Shown in pieces: positions 15,944-26,764 of a DNA stretch of 32,000 nt. Below the pieces are notes generated by a model. That model was not told the DNA's origin, searched no databases, and saw nothing but the letters and a program-made list of their open reading frames with translations. Within the stretch, counting starts at the first letter, position 1. Every line of letters begins with the position of its first letter. The position numbers and the translations under genes were made by a program. The stretch lies in NCBI RefSeq assembly GCF_001644705.1, contig NZ_CP015137.1, positions 4,350,001 through 4,382,000 on the forward strand, in the 5' to 3' direction. This stretch comes from Dickeya solani IPO 2222 (lineage in GTDB: Bacteria; Pseudomonadota; Gammaproteobacteria; Enterobacterales; Enterobacteriaceae).

Positions 15944-17300
15944 TTCCACTGTTTCCACTTCCACGCCGCGGGTACAACTGCGTAAAACTCTGACCCTGGT
16001 TCCTGTGGTCATGATGGGCCTGGCCTACATGCAGCCGATGACGCTGTTCGATACCTTCGGCATCGTTTCCGGGCTGACCGATGGTCACGTCGCCACCGCA
16101 TACGCGTTTGCGCTGATTGCGATTCTGTTTACCGCACTTAGCTACGGTAAGCTGGTGCGTCGCTTCCCGTCCGCCGGGTCGGCCTATACTTATGCCCAGA
16201 AAGCCATCAGCCCGACTGTCGGCTTCATGGTGGGGTGGTCGTCGTTGCTGGACTACCTGTTCATGCCGATGATCAACATCCTGCTGGCAAAAATCTATTT
16301 TGAAACCTTAATCCCCAGCATTCCATCGTGGATTTTTGTGGTGCTGCTGGTGGGCTTCATGACGTTGTCCAACCTGCGCGGTATCAAAACCGTCGCCAAC
16401 TTCAATAGTCTGATTGTTGTGCTGCAGGTCGCCGTGATGGCGGCCATCACCGGTATGGTGATTTATGGTGTAGCGCATGGCGAAGGCGCCGGTACGCTGA
16501 CCAGTAGCCGTCCATTCTGGTCCGATAACGCCCATGTGGTGCCGATGATCACTGGCGCGACGATCCTGTGCTTTTCGTTCCTCGGCTTTGACGGCATCAG
16601 CTCTTTGTCTGAAGAAACCAAAGATGCAGGCCGCGTCATTCCGAAAGCCATTTTCCTGACGGCGTTGCTCGGCGGCGTAATTTTCGTGGTGGTGTCCTAC
16701 TTCCTGCAGCTCTACTTCCCGGACATTTCACGCTTTCAACATCCGGATGCCTCTCAGCCTGAGATCATGCTGTACGTGGCGGGTAAAACGTTTCAGTTCG
16801 GCATTCTGATTTTCTCCTGCGTCACCGTACTGGCGTCTGGTATGGCGGCACATGCCGGCGTGTCCCGTCTGATGTACGTGATGGGACGTGATGGCGTATT
16901 TCCGGAGCGTTTCTTCGGCTATGTGCATCCGCGCTGGCGGACACCGGCGTTAAACGTACTGCTGGTCGGCGTTATCGCGCTGTCCGCCATCTCGTTTGAT
17001 CTGGTGACCGCGACGGCGTTGATTAACTTCGGGGCGTTGGTGGCTTTCACCTTCGTCAATCTGTCGGTGATTTCTCAGTTCTATATCCGTGAACGCCGCA
17101 ACAAGACGCTGAAAGACACCGTGAACTACCTGATTCTACCGGTCATGGGCGCGTTGACCGTCGGCGCGCTGTGGCTGAATCTGGAAAGCACCTCCATGAC
17201 GCTGGGGCTGGTGTGGGCGGCGATTGGTCTGCTCTATCTGACGTTCGTGACGCGCAGTTTCAGCCAGCCGGTACCGCAGTACAACGAAGATCTGGCGTAA
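15933..17300 (+). CDS. plaP: APC-family low-affinity putrescine importer PlaP (YeeF)
   Basis: [53 protein letters not shown]... is near-identical to E. coli PlaP along its whole length. An AAGGGAGG Shine-Dalgarno sequence lies 8 nt upstream of the ATG at 15933. The ORF-track start at 15891 is upstream of the Shine-Dalgarno sequence. Confidence 0.93.
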   Translation: MTTDSTVSTSTPRVQLRKTLTLVPVVMMGLAYMQPMTLFDTFGIVSGLTDGHVATAYAFALIAILFTALSYGKLVRRFPSAGSAYTYAQKAISPTVGFMVGWSSLLDYLFMPMINILLAKIYFETLIPSIPSWIFVVLLVGFMTLSNLRGIKTVANFNSLIVVLQVAVMAAITGMVIYGVAHGEGAGTLTSSRPFWSDNAHVVPMITGATILCFSFLGFDGISSLSEETKDAGRVIPKAIFLTALLGGVIFVVVSYFLQLYFPDISRFQHPDASQPEIMLYVAGKTFQFGILIFSCVTVLASGMAAHAGVSRLMYVMGRDGVFPERFFGYVHPRWRTPALNVLLVGVIALSAISFDLVTATALINFGALVAFTFVNLSVISQFYIRERRNKTLKDTVNYLILPVMGALTVGALWLNLESTSMTLGLVWAAIGLLYLTFVTRSFSQPVPQYNEDLA

Positions 17301-17334
17301 TTTGTCGGACGATATAATACGACAAACGCTATCG

Positions 17335-17370
17335 ACAGGCTCCCATGTTCTCATGAGAGCCTGTTTTTTT
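17335..17370 (+). terminator. Rho-independent terminator of plaP
   Basis: ACAGGCTC(C)CATG-TTCT-CATG(A)GAGCCTGT is followed by TTTTTTT. Confidence 0.8.
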
Positions 17371-17439
17371 GCATATCCGAACGGTTATCTATCCGGGGTA
17401 CCTATCCGATAGCAACGCGTCGGCACGCCTGTGAGAATA

Positions 17440-18870
17440 TCAAGTCAGCAGTTGCTGAGCATAGGAAAACAGCGCTTTCAGCAACGCCGTTTTCTTTTCA
17501 TCGCCATCGTGCTGTTGGTAGAGCTGATTCAAGGCATCAAAGTAATCTTGCACCCGGTCGGTGGTAAACACGGCCCGACGATGCGCCAGCCAGCGCTGCT
17601 GCTCCTGCTCATCAAGCGTGCCGGGGAAATTGCGCGCCCGGTAGCGGAACAACAATTCCTCCACCCGGCGATCGGCAAACTGAATGTTCAGGGCTGGAAG
17701 ATGCTGGGAGTCGGTTTTACGGATGATATCCATTGCGGCCCGATCGGCGTCGCTGAAAAAGCCATCGTACAACTGCAGCTCCACATCCGTCGATGCTTCA
17801 AACGGCGGGGCATCGGCAAACAGCGCCACCACTTTCTCCCGTACGCCGCCATGCTGACGCAGCAGTTGCAGATTGTTCAGACAGTGCTGACGGTCAATGC
17901 CCAGCCGCTCCGCGTCTTCTGGCCGCAGTGTGCTGGCTGGCGCCAGAACCGGACATTTGTTGATATGAATCAGTTTGATCGGTACCGGCGATTCATCTTC
18001 CGCCAGCAGAGTACGGCGGGTATAAAGCCGGGTGCGCAGTTCATCTGCATTCAGCGCCAGCAACGGTTGAATATCGCCCGCCAGATCGCAGACGATAACC
18101 GCGTTGCGGTTATCCGGATGCCAGGCCAGCGGCACGATCCAGCTAGTGTTACCGCGCGCGGCGCCAAACATGCCGGAAACATGCACCAGCGGCTTCATTT
18201 GCGGAATATCGATTAATGCGCTGACTTTATTCTTGTTACGCAACGCGTAGAGATATTCGAACAGTTTTGGCTGCGACTGTTTAAGCAGGCGCGCCATAGC
18301 GATGGTGGCATACACATCCGACATGGCGTCGTGCGCCTGAGTGTGTTCGACGCCATTGGCGCGCGTCAGATGCTCCAGTCTGAAACTGGGAAAACCGTCG
18401 TCGTTTTCCGGCCAGACAATCCCATCCGGGCGCAAGGCATAGCACGCCCGCAGCATGTCCAGCAAATCCCAGCGAGAGTTGCCGTTTTGCCAGCTGTAGG
18501 CATAAGGATCGTAGAAGTTGCGATAGAACAGATTTCGGCTGACTTCGTCGTCAAACCGAATGTTGTTGTACCCCATGATGCAGGTGCCCGGCACACTGAA
18601 CGCCTCATGGATATGGCGAGCGAACTCCGCTTCGCGCATCCCCCGGCTTTGCGCCACCTGTGGCGTGATACCGGTAATCATCACCGCTTCTGGGTCGGGC
18701 AGGTAATCGTCGGTTGGCTGGCAGTAGATCACTACCGGCTCGCCAATCACATTAAAATTCAAATCGGTGCGGACGCCGGCGAACTGCGCTGGACGATCTT
18801 TGGCCGGATGCTTGCCAAAGGTCTCATAGTCATGAATGAAAAAAGTGGGTTCGGTGTGTTGATTTTGCAC
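17440..18870 (-). CDS. sbcB: exodeoxyribonuclease I
   Basis: The 476-aa protein has FFIHDYETFGKHPAKDRPAQFAGVRTD...GYNNIRFDDEV...AHDAMSDVYATIAMA and is collinear with E. coli SbcB. Confidence 0.96.
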   Translation of the reverse strand: MQNQHTEPTFFIHDYETFGKHPAKDRPAQFAGVRTDLNFNVIGEPVVIYCQPTDDYLPDPEAVMITGITPQVAQSRGMREAEFARHIHEAFSVPGTCIMGYNNIRFDDEVSRNLFYRNFYDPYAYSWQNGNSRWDLLDMLRACYALRPDGIVWPENDDGFPSFRLEHLTRANGVEHTQAHDAMSDVYATIAMARLLKQSQPKLFEYLYALRNKNKVSALIDIPQMKPLVHVSGMFGAARGNTSWIVPLAWHPDNRNAVIVCDLAGDIQPLLALNADELRTRLYTRRTLLAEDESPVPIKLIHINKCPVLAPASTLRPEDAERLGIDRQHCLNNLQLLRQHGGVREKVVALFADAPPFEASTDVELQLYDGFFSDADRAAMDIIRKTDSQHLPALNIQFADRRVEELLFRYRARNFPGTLDEQEQQRWLAHRRAVFTTDRVQDYFDALNQLYQQHDGDEKKTALLKALFSYAQQLLT

Positions 18871-19366
18871 GGTTTCTCTCTGTTCAGCCTGGCGACGGCA
18901 AGCGCTGGGAAATCAGTCATACCGCCGCTAAGCGTGTTTGTCACCGCCGGTTTTGCCTGGCATAAGCGCCATGCGGAACGGCCCGCCAATTTAAAGGCAA
19001 ATTATCGCTCTTTCAGTAAAAACGGTGACGGACAACACAAAGCCGTCATGGTAAACCATCCTGCCGCCTGACAGAAGCTGACATGTGCAATGCTCTGCGG
19101 TGTTGAATCGAGTCAGGTGCAATCAGAGAGCGGGAGTGATAGGGTGCACATAAAGACAACAATTGCATCGGCGATATGGGAAAACCACCTTGTCGACGAT
19201 AGTGGCTAACCTGTATGGTGAGTCTATGTTCCGCAATGGTGCACGTCGCTGGCGTAGCCCACACGTTGCTATCAAGGCGGAGGATGATGCGCATTATTGC
19301 GGGATACAGCCTGGAGTAACGCGGTCTCCGCATAACGAATTTTGATCGTTAAGTAAGGGTAGAAAA

Positions 19367-19705
19367 ATGGAGAAGGGTAACACTAAGCCATGTTTCCAGG
19401 ATGTGCTGGAATTCGTGCGTATGTTCCGTCGTAAGAACAAGTTGCAGCGTGAAATTGCGGACAATGAAAAGAAAATCCGCGATAACCAGAAACGTGTGCT
19501 GTTGCTGGATAACCTGAGCGAGTACATCAAGCCGGGTATGTCGATTGAAGATATTCAGAACATTATCGCCAACATGCGCAGCGACTATGAAGACCGTGTG
19601 GATGAATACATCATCAAAAATGCGGAACTGTCGAAAGAACGCCGCGAGCTGTCCCGCAAAATCAAGGAAATGGGTGAAATTAAACCGCCGGTGGAGGCGA
19701 AATAA
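19367..19705 (+). CDS. yeeX: UPF0265/DUF496 protein YeeX
   Basis: [21 protein letters not shown]...[26 protein letters not shown]...[20 protein letters not shown] matches E. coli YeeX almost residue for residue. Confidence 0.93.
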   Translation: MEKGNTKPCFQDVLEFVRMFRRKNKLQREIADNEKKIRDNQKRVLLLDNLSEYIKPGMSIEDIQNIIANMRSDYEDRVDEYIIKNAELSKERRELSRKIKEMGEIKPPVEAK

Positions 19706-19718
19706 TTCCACTGACGTA

Positions 19719-19748
19719 CAGGGCCGGTTTCCGGCCCTGATGCTTTTG
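19719..19748 (+). terminator. terminator after yeeX
   Basis: CAGGGCCGG-TTT-CCGGCCCTG (9-bp stem) is followed by ATGCTTTT. Confidence 0.6.
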
Positions 19749-19777
19749 GGGGCGGGGTGACTAGTCAGGCAACCCGC

Positions 19778-20143
19778 CTACGACTGACTCATCACGATTT
19801 CCGGTGCCAGCGCGTTTTTCCGCATCATACAGTCGCGCCATGCGCTGCCTGTCTCGCCTTTATCCAGCGCGTCTGCGCTGATGGCGGGAATCTCCCGCAC
19901 CTGTGTGTCGATGACCTTGCCGCCGCCGTCGGTGTCGATAGCCTGGCTTTTGATGTAATACCGTGTCATTACCCGATATTTACCGTCGAGGTACCTTACC
20001 TGCGCCAGTAAATCGGTGGTGCATTCGTTGGCGGCGCGTGCCACATGCCGAAAGGCGTTGTCGCTCGGTTCGTTCCGTGGCGCCGTCGAGCAGGCTGACA
20101 ACGCCACTACGCTGATGATGAGAATCCTGTTTTTATTCGTCAT
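19778..20143 (-). CDS. hypothetical lipoprotein (121 aa)
   Basis: I prefer the internal ATG at 20143. MTNKNRILIISVVALSAC gives a signal peptide with the lipobox L-S-A-C, and Ser at +2 predicts outer-membrane sorting. I recognise no family. The ORF-track start at 20191 adds 16 residues ahead of the signal peptide. Confidence 0.65.
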   Translation of the reverse strand: MTNKNRILIISVVALSACSTAPRNEPSDNAFRHVARAANECTTDLLAQVRYLDGKYRVMTRYYIKSQAIDTDGGGKVIDTQVREIPAISADALDKGETGSAWRDCMMRKNALAPEIVMSQS

Positions 20144-20305
20144 ATGTCGATGTTCCCTTTCGTTTTTCGCCAATAGTCCGTGGTTGCGCAACGATTAACC
20201 ATAACCGTCAGACGTGACCTGCGGCATACCATTCGATGAACCGCTTCTGGTTGTCAAGACCAGAGCCAACGGGTTTTTATCTCGCTCATACCGCCTCGCA
20301 TTGTT

Positions 20306-20323
20306 GTTGCAATGGATTGCAAC
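20306..20323. repeat. perfect 18-bp palindrome GTTGCAAT-GG-ATTGCAAC
   Basis: The 8-bp arms are exact reverse complements with a 2-bp centre. It lies in the divergent lipoprotein / comEC intergenic region. Confidence 0.85.
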
Positions 20324-20466
20324 CGTTGCGGTTGTTTGCGTAGCCGGTTCCGGGGTTGTTATCACTTGCTGTCGCCAGGGGCCATGGGTTGGCACACTGC
20401 GCCCCAGACAAGGCGACAGCCGGAAATTCGGCGATAAATGGTAAGGGACAAACCATCAGAATTTCA

Positions 20467-22713
20467 TTGAACCAACTGGCGGCGACGTTGATAACGGGTC
20501 CGTTGTTGTTGCTGATATTGCCGGATTTGCCGGATAGGCGTTCGCTGGTGTGGGGGCTGCCCGCGCTGTGGCTGCTTAAGACGCGTTTTTATTCGGTCGG
20601 TCTGGTGGCGCTTGGGGTGATCTGGAGCCTCTACAGCGGCCGGGTGATACTGAATCAGGTGGAACAGTTTACCCAGCGACCGGTGACGGCAAGGGTTAGC
20701 GTCAGTAGCGTCCGGTTTGCGCAGGCGGATGCCGGACAGGTTGTGGTGCGTTTGTGGGAGATCAGCGGGCGTTGGGTGTTCCCGCCGCTCTATGCGCGGT
20801 TGGATGCGCAGCCGCAGATGGCGGACTGGTGCGGTGGGCAGCAGTGGGAGGTCCGGCTACGGCTGCGTCCGGTGCATAGCCGGTTGAACGAAGGCGGTTT
20901 TGACAGTCAGCGTTGGGCGCTGGCTAAGGCGCAGCCATTGACCGGGCGGATACTCTCTGCCGCTGTGCTGACGCCAGAGTGCGGTTTGCGCCAGCGTCTG
21001 GTTGAACACGCGGAGCGGCAAACGCGGTCATTGCCGTGGCGGTCGATAATACTGGCGTTGGCGATCGGTGAAATGACGGTGGTGGAGGATGAGATCCTCG
21101 ACGTGCTTCGGCAGACCGGAATCATGCACCTGATGGCGATATCGGGGCTGCATATCGTGCTGGCGGCACTGTCTGGCTGGGGCGTGGTTCGTGTGGTGCA
21201 ATATCTGTTGCCGGTCCATTGGATAGAGCATCGCACGCCGTTGTGGTGTGGTCTGTGCTGCGCCTGGGGATACGTCTGGCTGGCCGGGGGAAACCCGCCG
21301 GCGGTAAGAGCTGCGCTGGCGTTATCATGCTGGACGTTGCTAAGGTTGCGCGGCGTATCGGTTTCATCGTGGCAGGTGTGGCTGTGGTGCGTGGCGCTGA
21401 TTCTGGTGAGTGACCCGCTGAGCGTATTATCAGACAGTTTCTGGCTCTCCGCACTGGCGGTTGCAGCCCTGATCTTCTGGTATCAATGGGCGCCGCTACC
21501 GCCGCATCTGCAGCGGCCTAAACGTTGGGTATGGCTGCGCGGATTGCATTTGCAGGCGGGAATCACACTGTTGCTGATGCCGCTGCAAGTGTTGCTGTTT
21601 CACGGCGTCAGCCTGAGTTCGCTACCGGCCAATCTGTGGGCGGTACCGTTGGTATCATTCATCACCACACCATTGATTCTACTGGCGTTGCCGTTAATGG
21701 CTATTCCGGTGGTGGCGCACGGTCTGTGGTGGCTGGCCGATCGATCGCTGGCGCTGGTTTTCCTGCCGTTGCAGGCCATACCGCCGGGCTGGTTATCGCT
21801 GGGCGAAAATGTGGTGCCTTACAGTGTGGCGGGATGGCTGGCGGTGATCGTCTGGCGTTTCGCCTGGTGGCGAACTTATCCGCTCAGCCTGCTGGCGCTG
21901 GTACTGGTGATGCTGCTGCGCCCCAAATCACCCGCGCCGTCGTGGCGGGTTGACATGCTGGATGTCGGTCACGGGTTGGCCGTGGTGATTGAACGACAAG
22001 GTAAAGCCTGGTTGTATGATACCGGTCCCGGCTGGGACGGCGGTAACATGGCCGATCGTGAAATCCTGCCTTATCTTCAATGGCGGGGATTACAACTGGA
22101 GGGCATCATCCTCAGTCACAGCCATCTGGATCACCGCGGCGGGCTGTCGGCATTGCAACGCGCGTTTCCGTCTGTGCCGGTATACAGTCCGTTGCTTGAA
22201 TCAGGGCATCGGTCTTGCATACAAGGTGAACGGTGGCGTTGGCAAGGGTTGACGTTCAGCGTCATCTGGCCGCCGTTGCCGGTGTGGGAAGCCGGCAATC
22301 ACGACTCCTGCGTGGTGCGGGTGGACGACGGCCGTTATAGGGTGCTGCTGACGGGCGATCTGGAACATGAAGATGAAGCCATGCTGCTGCGTACCCAACG
22401 TGAAATGCTGGCGGCGGATATCCTTCAGGTGCCGCATCATGGTAGCACCACGTCATCATCGCCGCCATTTTTACGGGCGGTGGAGGCGGAGCAGGTGTTG
22501 TCGTCCAACTCCCGATACAATCCGTGGCGTTTGCCGGCTGTCAGCGTAGTGCGGCGCTACCGTCAGAGGGGAGATCGCTGGCACGACACCGCCAGCGACG
22601 GACAGCTGAGTGTGCGTTTTTTCGACGAAGGCATCGAAATGTTGCGCTATCGGGGGGAAATATCACCCCGTTGGTATCATCAGTGGTTTGGCGCTAGCCG
22701 GGATAATGAGTAA
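20467..22713 (+). CDS. ycaI: ComEC/Rec2-family DNA internalization protein (YcaI)
   Basis: The protein is collinear with E. coli YcaI (GGFDSQRWALA, TGIMHLMAISGLH, WLSALAVAALIFWYQW, metallo-beta-lactamase HSHLDHRGG, VPHHGS, RWYHQWFG). The start is uncertain. TTG at 20467 fits the homologue N-terminus. TTG at 20386 has the better Shine-Dalgarno sequence. The ORF opens at 20356. Confidence 0.88.
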   Translation: MNQLAATLITGPLLLLILPDLPDRRSLVWGLPALWLLKTRFYSVGLVALGVIWSLYSGRVILNQVEQFTQRPVTARVSVSSVRFAQADAGQVVVRLWEISGRWVFPPLYARLDAQPQMADWCGGQQWEVRLRLRPVHSRLNEGGFDSQRWALAKAQPLTGRILSAAVLTPECGLRQRLVEHAERQTRSLPWRSIILALAIGEMTVVEDEILDVLRQTGIMHLMAISGLHIVLAALSGWGVVRVVQYLLPVHWIEHRTPLWCGLCCAWGYVWLAGGNPPAVRAALALSCWTLLRLRGVSVSSWQVWLWCVALILVSDPLSVLSDSFWLSALAVAALIFWYQWAPLPPHLQRPKRWVWLRGLHLQAGITLLLMPLQVLLFHGVSLSSLPANLWAVPLVSFITTPLILLALPLMAIPVVAHGLWWLADRSLALVFLPLQAIPPGWLSLGENVVPYSVAGWLAVIVWRFAWWRTYPLSLLALVLVMLLRPKSPAPSWRVDMLDVGHGLAVVIERQGKAWLYDTGPGWDGGNMADREILPYLQWRGLQLEGIILSHSHLDHRGGLSALQRAFPSVPVYSPLLESGHRSCIQGERWRWQGLTFSVIWPPLPVWEAGNHDSCVVRVDDGRYRVLLTGDLEHEDEAMLLRTQREMLAADILQVPHHGSTTSSSPPFLRAVEAEQVLSSNSRYNPWRLPAVSVVRRYRQRGDRWHDTASDGQLSVRFFDEGIEMLRYRGEISPRWYHQWFGASRDNE

Positions 22714-22751
22714 TAATAGACGGCTATTTATCAAAGGCTCAGGTTTATTGA

Positions 22752-24500
22752 ATGATTAACGATCAAGATCTCTCCACGTGGCAGACGTTTCGTCGCCTAT
22801 GGCCGATGATCACCCCTTACAAAGCCGGGCTGACGGTCGCAGCGGTCGCGCTGGTGGTCAACGCTGCCGGCGATACGCTGATGCTGTCCCTGCTCAAACC
22901 ACTGCTGGATGACGGATTCGGTAAGGCCGACCGCAGTGTGCTGGTGTGGATGCCGCTGGCTATCATCGGACTGATGATTATGCGCGGCATCTCCAGCTAT
23001 ATTTCCAGTTATTGCGTGGCCTGGGTATCGGGCAAAGTAGTGATGAACATGCGGCGTCGCCTGTTCAGCCATATTATGGGTATGCCGGTTTCCTTCTTTG
23101 ATCAGCAGTCTACTGGTACCTTGCTGTCCCGTATCACTTATGATTCCGAGCAGGTGGCCGCCTCGTCATCAAACGCGCTGGTAACCGTGGTGCGTGAAGG
23201 CGCGTCCATCATTGGTCTGTTTGTGCTGATGTTTTGGTACAGCTGGCAGTTGTCGCTGATTCTGGTGCTGATCGCGCCGATCGTCTCCTACAGTATGCGG
23301 GTGGTATCCAAGCGTTTTCGCAGCATCAGCAAAAGCATGCAGAACACCATGGGGCAGGTGACAACCAGCGCCGAACAGATGTTGAAAGGGCACAAAGAGG
23401 TGCTGATTTTCGGCGGACAGACGGTGGAAGTGGAACGGTTTGACTCAGTCAGCAATCGCATGCGCCAACAGGGCATGAAGATGGTATCGGCATCCTCCAT
23501 TTCCGATCCGGTGGTCCAGCTGATTGCTTCGCTGGCGCTGGCGTTCGTGTTGTACGCCGCCAGCTTTCCGTCCGTGATGGAAACCCTGACCGCCGGCACC
23601 ATCACGGTGGTGTTCTCTTCCATGTTTACCCTGATGCGCCCGCTTAAGTCGCTCACTAACGTCAATGCCCAGTTCCAGCGTGGCATGGCGGCCTGCCAGA
23701 CGCTATTTACTATTCTGGACATGGAACAGGAAAAGGATACTGGTACACGTGAACTGGCGCATGCGAAGGGCGATATTGAGTTCCGGCAGGTCAACTTTGC
23801 TTATCCTGGTAAGGAAACGCTAGCGCTGAAAAACATCAGCTTGCATATTCCGCCGGGGAAAACTGTGGCGCTGGTGGGGCGTTCCGGTTCAGGAAAATCG
23901 ACTATCGCCAACCTCATTACCCGGTTCTACGATATCCAGTCCGGCGAGATTTTGCTGGATGGGCACGACCTGCGCGATTACACGCTGCCGTCATTGCGTA
24001 GCCAGGTTGCGCTGGTGTCTCAGAATGTTCACCTGTTTAACGATACGATTGCCAACAATATCGCTTATGCCTGTGGTGATCGCTACAGCCGCGAGGATAT
24101 TGAGCGCGCCGCCAAAATGGCGCATGCGATGGATTTCATCGGCAGGCTGGATCAGGGCCTGGATACAGTGATCGGCGAGAACGGCGTGCTGCTGTCCGGC
24201 GGCCAGCGTCAGCGTATCGCGATTGCCCGCGCCCTGTTGCGCGACTGTCCGATTCTGGTGCTGGATGAGGCCACGTCGGCGCTGGATACCGAGTCGGAGC
24301 GTGCCATTCAGGCGGCGCTGGACGAGTTGCAGAAAAATCGCACCGCATTGGTGATCGCGCACCGGTTGTCCACCATTGAGAAGGCGGATGAAATTCTGGT
24401 GGTGGAAGACGGGCAGATCATCGAACGCGGCCAGCATAGCGAGTTGCTGGCCCAAAATGGGGCGTATGCCCAACTGCATAAGCTGCAGTTTGGCGCATGA
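22752..24500 (+). CDS. msbA: lipid A export ATP-binding/permease protein MsbA
   Basis: The 582-aa ABC exporter has Walker [10 protein letters not shown], signature LSGGQRQR and Walker [13 protein letters not shown]. It is followed by lpxK, as in E. coli. Confidence 0.97.
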   Translation: MINDQDLSTWQTFRRLWPMITPYKAGLTVAAVALVVNAAGDTLMLSLLKPLLDDGFGKADRSVLVWMPLAIIGLMIMRGISSYISSYCVAWVSGKVVMNMRRRLFSHIMGMPVSFFDQQSTGTLLSRITYDSEQVAASSSNALVTVVREGASIIGLFVLMFWYSWQLSLILVLIAPIVSYSMRVVSKRFRSISKSMQNTMGQVTTSAEQMLKGHKEVLIFGGQTVEVERFDSVSNRMRQQGMKMVSASSISDPVVQLIASLALAFVLYAASFPSVMETLTAGTITVVFSSMFTLMRPLKSLTNVNAQFQRGMAACQTLFTILDMEQEKDTGTRELAHAKGDIEFRQVNFAYPGKETLALKNISLHIPPGKTVALVGRSGSGKSTIANLITRFYDIQSGEILLDGHDLRDYTLPSLRSQVALVSQNVHLFNDTIANNIAYACGDRYSREDIERAAKMAHAMDFIGRLDQGLDTVIGENGVLLSGGQRQRIAIARALLRDCPILVLDEATSALDTESERAIQAALDELQKNRTALVIAHRLSTIEKADEILVVEDGQIIERGQHSELLAQNGAYAQLHKLQFGA

Positions 24501-25510
24501 TTGAACGCATCTGGTCGGGGCGTTCCCCGCTGTACCGGCTGTTGCTGCCGCTGTCGTTGCTCTATGGGCTGATCAGCCATCTTATCCGGCTGAGTTACCG
24601 CTGCGGCTGGCGCAAGGTGTGGCGAGCGCCGGTGCCGGTGGTGGTGGTGGGAAACCTGACTGCCGGCGGCAATGGTAAAACACCGGTGGTGATCTGGCTG
24701 GTGGAGCAGTTGCAACAGCAGGGTTATCGTGTCGGCGTGGTATCGCGTGGTTACGGCGGTAAGACGGATCGTTATCCGCTGCGGGTCACCGATGAAGTCA
24801 CTACCGCTCAGGCCGGTGATGAACCGGTGCTGATTTACCAGCGCACCGGCGTGCCGGTCGCCGTCGCGCCCAAACGGCGCGAGGCGGTAGCGGCGTTACT
24901 GGCGCATCAGCCGCTGGACGTTGTCGTGACCGATGATGGCCTGCAACATTACGCGCTGGCGCGGGATATGGAGCTGGTGGTGGTGGATGGCGTGCGCCGC
25001 TTTGGCAACGGCTGGTGGTTGCCGGCCGGGCCGATGCGGGAGCGGGCCTCGCGCCTGCGTTCGGTCGACGCTGTCATTGTGAATGGCGGCGAGGCGAAAA
25101 GCGGTGAAATCGCCATGCAGCTCACGGCAGGCGACGCGGTTAATCTGCTGACCGGAGAACGCCGCGCGGTATCAGCATTGCCTCCGTTGGTTGCTATGGC
25201 GGGGATCGGTCATCCGCCGCGCTTCTTTGCTACGCTGAAAGCGCTGGGATGCACGCCGGTGCGCGAAGTGGCGTTTGCCGACCATCAGCACTGGCAACCG
25301 GAAGAATTGCAGGCGCTGACCGCCAATGACCAGCAACCCTTGATCATGACGGAAAAGGATGCGGTGAAATGCCGCACCTTTGCCCGCGCCAACTGGTGGT
25401 ATCTGCCGGTTGACGCCGCATTGTCAGCGCCAGAATCGGCGTTACTGTTACAGCGTCTGACGCGCCTGATTGATGCGCATCGCGTATCGCGCCAGACGGA
25501 AACCGGGTGA
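24497..25510 (+). CDS. lpxK: tetraacyldisaccharide 4'-kinase
   Basis: The start overlaps the msbA stop (ATGA). The P-loop [13 protein letters not shown] and the motifs SRGYGG and DDGLQH are present. Confidence 0.95.
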   Translation: MIERIWSGRSPLYRLLLPLSLLYGLISHLIRLSYRCGWRKVWRAPVPVVVVGNLTAGGNGKTPVVIWLVEQLQQQGYRVGVVSRGYGGKTDRYPLRVTDEVTTAQAGDEPVLIYQRTGVPVAVAPKRREAVAALLAHQPLDVVVTDDGLQHYALARDMELVVVDGVRRFGNGWWLPAGPMRERASRLRSVDAVIVNGGEAKSGEIAMQLTAGDAVNLLTGERRAVSALPPLVAMAGIGHPPRFFATLKALGCTPVREVAFADHQHWQPEELQALTANDQQPLIMTEKDAVKCRTFARANWWYLPVDAALSAPESALLLQRLTRLIDAHRVSRQTETG

Positions 25511-25548
25511 CCGGCTATTTTTGATAATCGCTTCTTGATGGAGGAAGC

Positions 25549-25731
25549 ATGGATCATCGTTTGCTTGAAATCGTGGCTTGTCCGGTGTGTAACGGACGGC
25601 TGATTTTTGACAAAGAAAAGCAGGAACTGATTTGCAAAATCGAAGGGCTGGCTTACCCGGTGCGGGATGGTATTCCGGTCCTGCTGGAAAATGAAGCCCG
25701 CACGCTGGCGCCGGATGAGATCGCAAAATGA
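25549..25731 (+). CDS. ycaR: Trm112-like small zinc-ribbon protein YcaR (UPF0434)
   Basis: The 60-aa protein reads [18 protein letters not shown]...[18 protein letters not shown]. Its stop overlaps the kdsB start (ATGA). Confidence 0.9.
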   Translation: MDHRLLEIVACPVCNGRLIFDKEKQELICKIEGLAYPVRDGIPVLLENEARTLAPDEIAK

Positions 25732-26480
25732 CGTTCACTGCAATTATTCCCGCCCGCTATGCATCCACCCGGTTGCCGGGCAAGCCGCTGGCGGATATTC
25801 ATGGCAAACCGATGGTGGTGCACGTGATGGAGCGCGCCCGCGAGTCTGGCGCCAGCCGCGTCGTGGTGGCAACCGATCACGCTGATGTCGCCCGCGCCAT
25901 TGAACTGGCGGGCGGCGAAGTTTGCCTGACCAGCCCGGATCACAATTCCGGCACCGAACGACTGGCCGAAGTTATCGACCATTACGGTTTTGCCGATGAT
26001 GAAATCATCGTCAACGTGCAGGGCGATGAACCGCTGATTCCACCGGTGATTATCCGTCAGGTGGCGGACAATCTGGCTGGTAGCCGCGCAGGTATGGCTA
26101 CGCTGGCGGTACCGATCACCACCTGTGAAGAAGCGTTCAATCCGAATGCGGTAAAAGTGGTGACGGATGCCGAAGGGTATGCGCTTTACTTTTCTCGCGC
26201 CACCATTCCGTGGGAGCGGGATCGGTTTGCCAAATCTCGTGATGCCATTGGCGATCATTTCCTGCGACATATTGGTATTTACGCCTACCGTGCCGGATTT
26301 ATCCGTCGCTATGTCGGCTGGGCGCCCAGCCAGCTGGAGAAAATCGAAATGCTGGAGCAATTGCGTGTGCTCTGGTATGGCGAGAAGATCCATGTGGCGG
26401 TAGCTAAAGAAGTGCCGAGTGTGGGGGTGGACACGCCTGAAGATCTGGCACGCGTCAGAGCGGTGATGGCGGCAAACTGA
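25728..26480 (+). CDS. kdsB: 3-deoxy-manno-octulosonate cytidylyltransferase (CMP-Kdo synthetase)
   Basis: [25 protein letters not shown]..., [11 protein letters not shown] and [11 protein letters not shown] match KdsB. Confidence 0.96.
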   Translation: MTFTAIIPARYASTRLPGKPLADIHGKPMVVHVMERARESGASRVVVATDHADVARAIELAGGEVCLTSPDHNSGTERLAEVIDHYGFADDEIIVNVQGDEPLIPPVIIRQVADNLAGSRAGMATLAVPITTCEEAFNPNAVKVVTDAEGYALYFSRATIPWERDRFAKSRDAIGDHFLRHIGIYAYRAGFIRRYVGWAPSQLEKIEMLEQLRVLWYGEKIHVAVAKEVPSVGVDTPEDLARVRAVMAAN

Positions 26481-26506
26481 CGCCAGTTTTATTATCCTTT
26501 CCGATG

Positions 26507-26540
26507 AGCGTATGCGCTGCGAGCACATACGCTTTTTTTA
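26507..26540 (+). terminator. Rho-independent terminator of kdsB
   Basis: AGCGTATG-(11-nt loop)-CATACGCT is followed by TTTTTTT. Confidence 0.8.
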
Positions 26541-26764
26541 TCCCGTGGATTATTGGCTATTACTATAGCCAGAAAATCCGTTAATCACTCGTCGCTATTG
26601 TTATGTCACAAATGGTATAGCTTAATTAATAAATTTATTAGCAGGGATAATAAAAATCCGTACCGCAGGTGCACAATTGTTAATCATGACTTATTATTGG
26701 TCAGCATTTATTCGATGGCGATAAATGCTCTGGGTTTTGTTTTGCTTAAGGATGGAGTGACACA

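Noticed and set aside
26627-26640. The AT palindrome TAATAAATTTATTA upstream of pel was considered as a KdgR operator.
   Set aside because: Its half-sites abut with no central spacer and lack the conserved GAAA/TTTC core of the KdgR box as I recall it. Palindromes of this kind arise easily in AT-rich DNA. I kept it only as a note under the pel finding.
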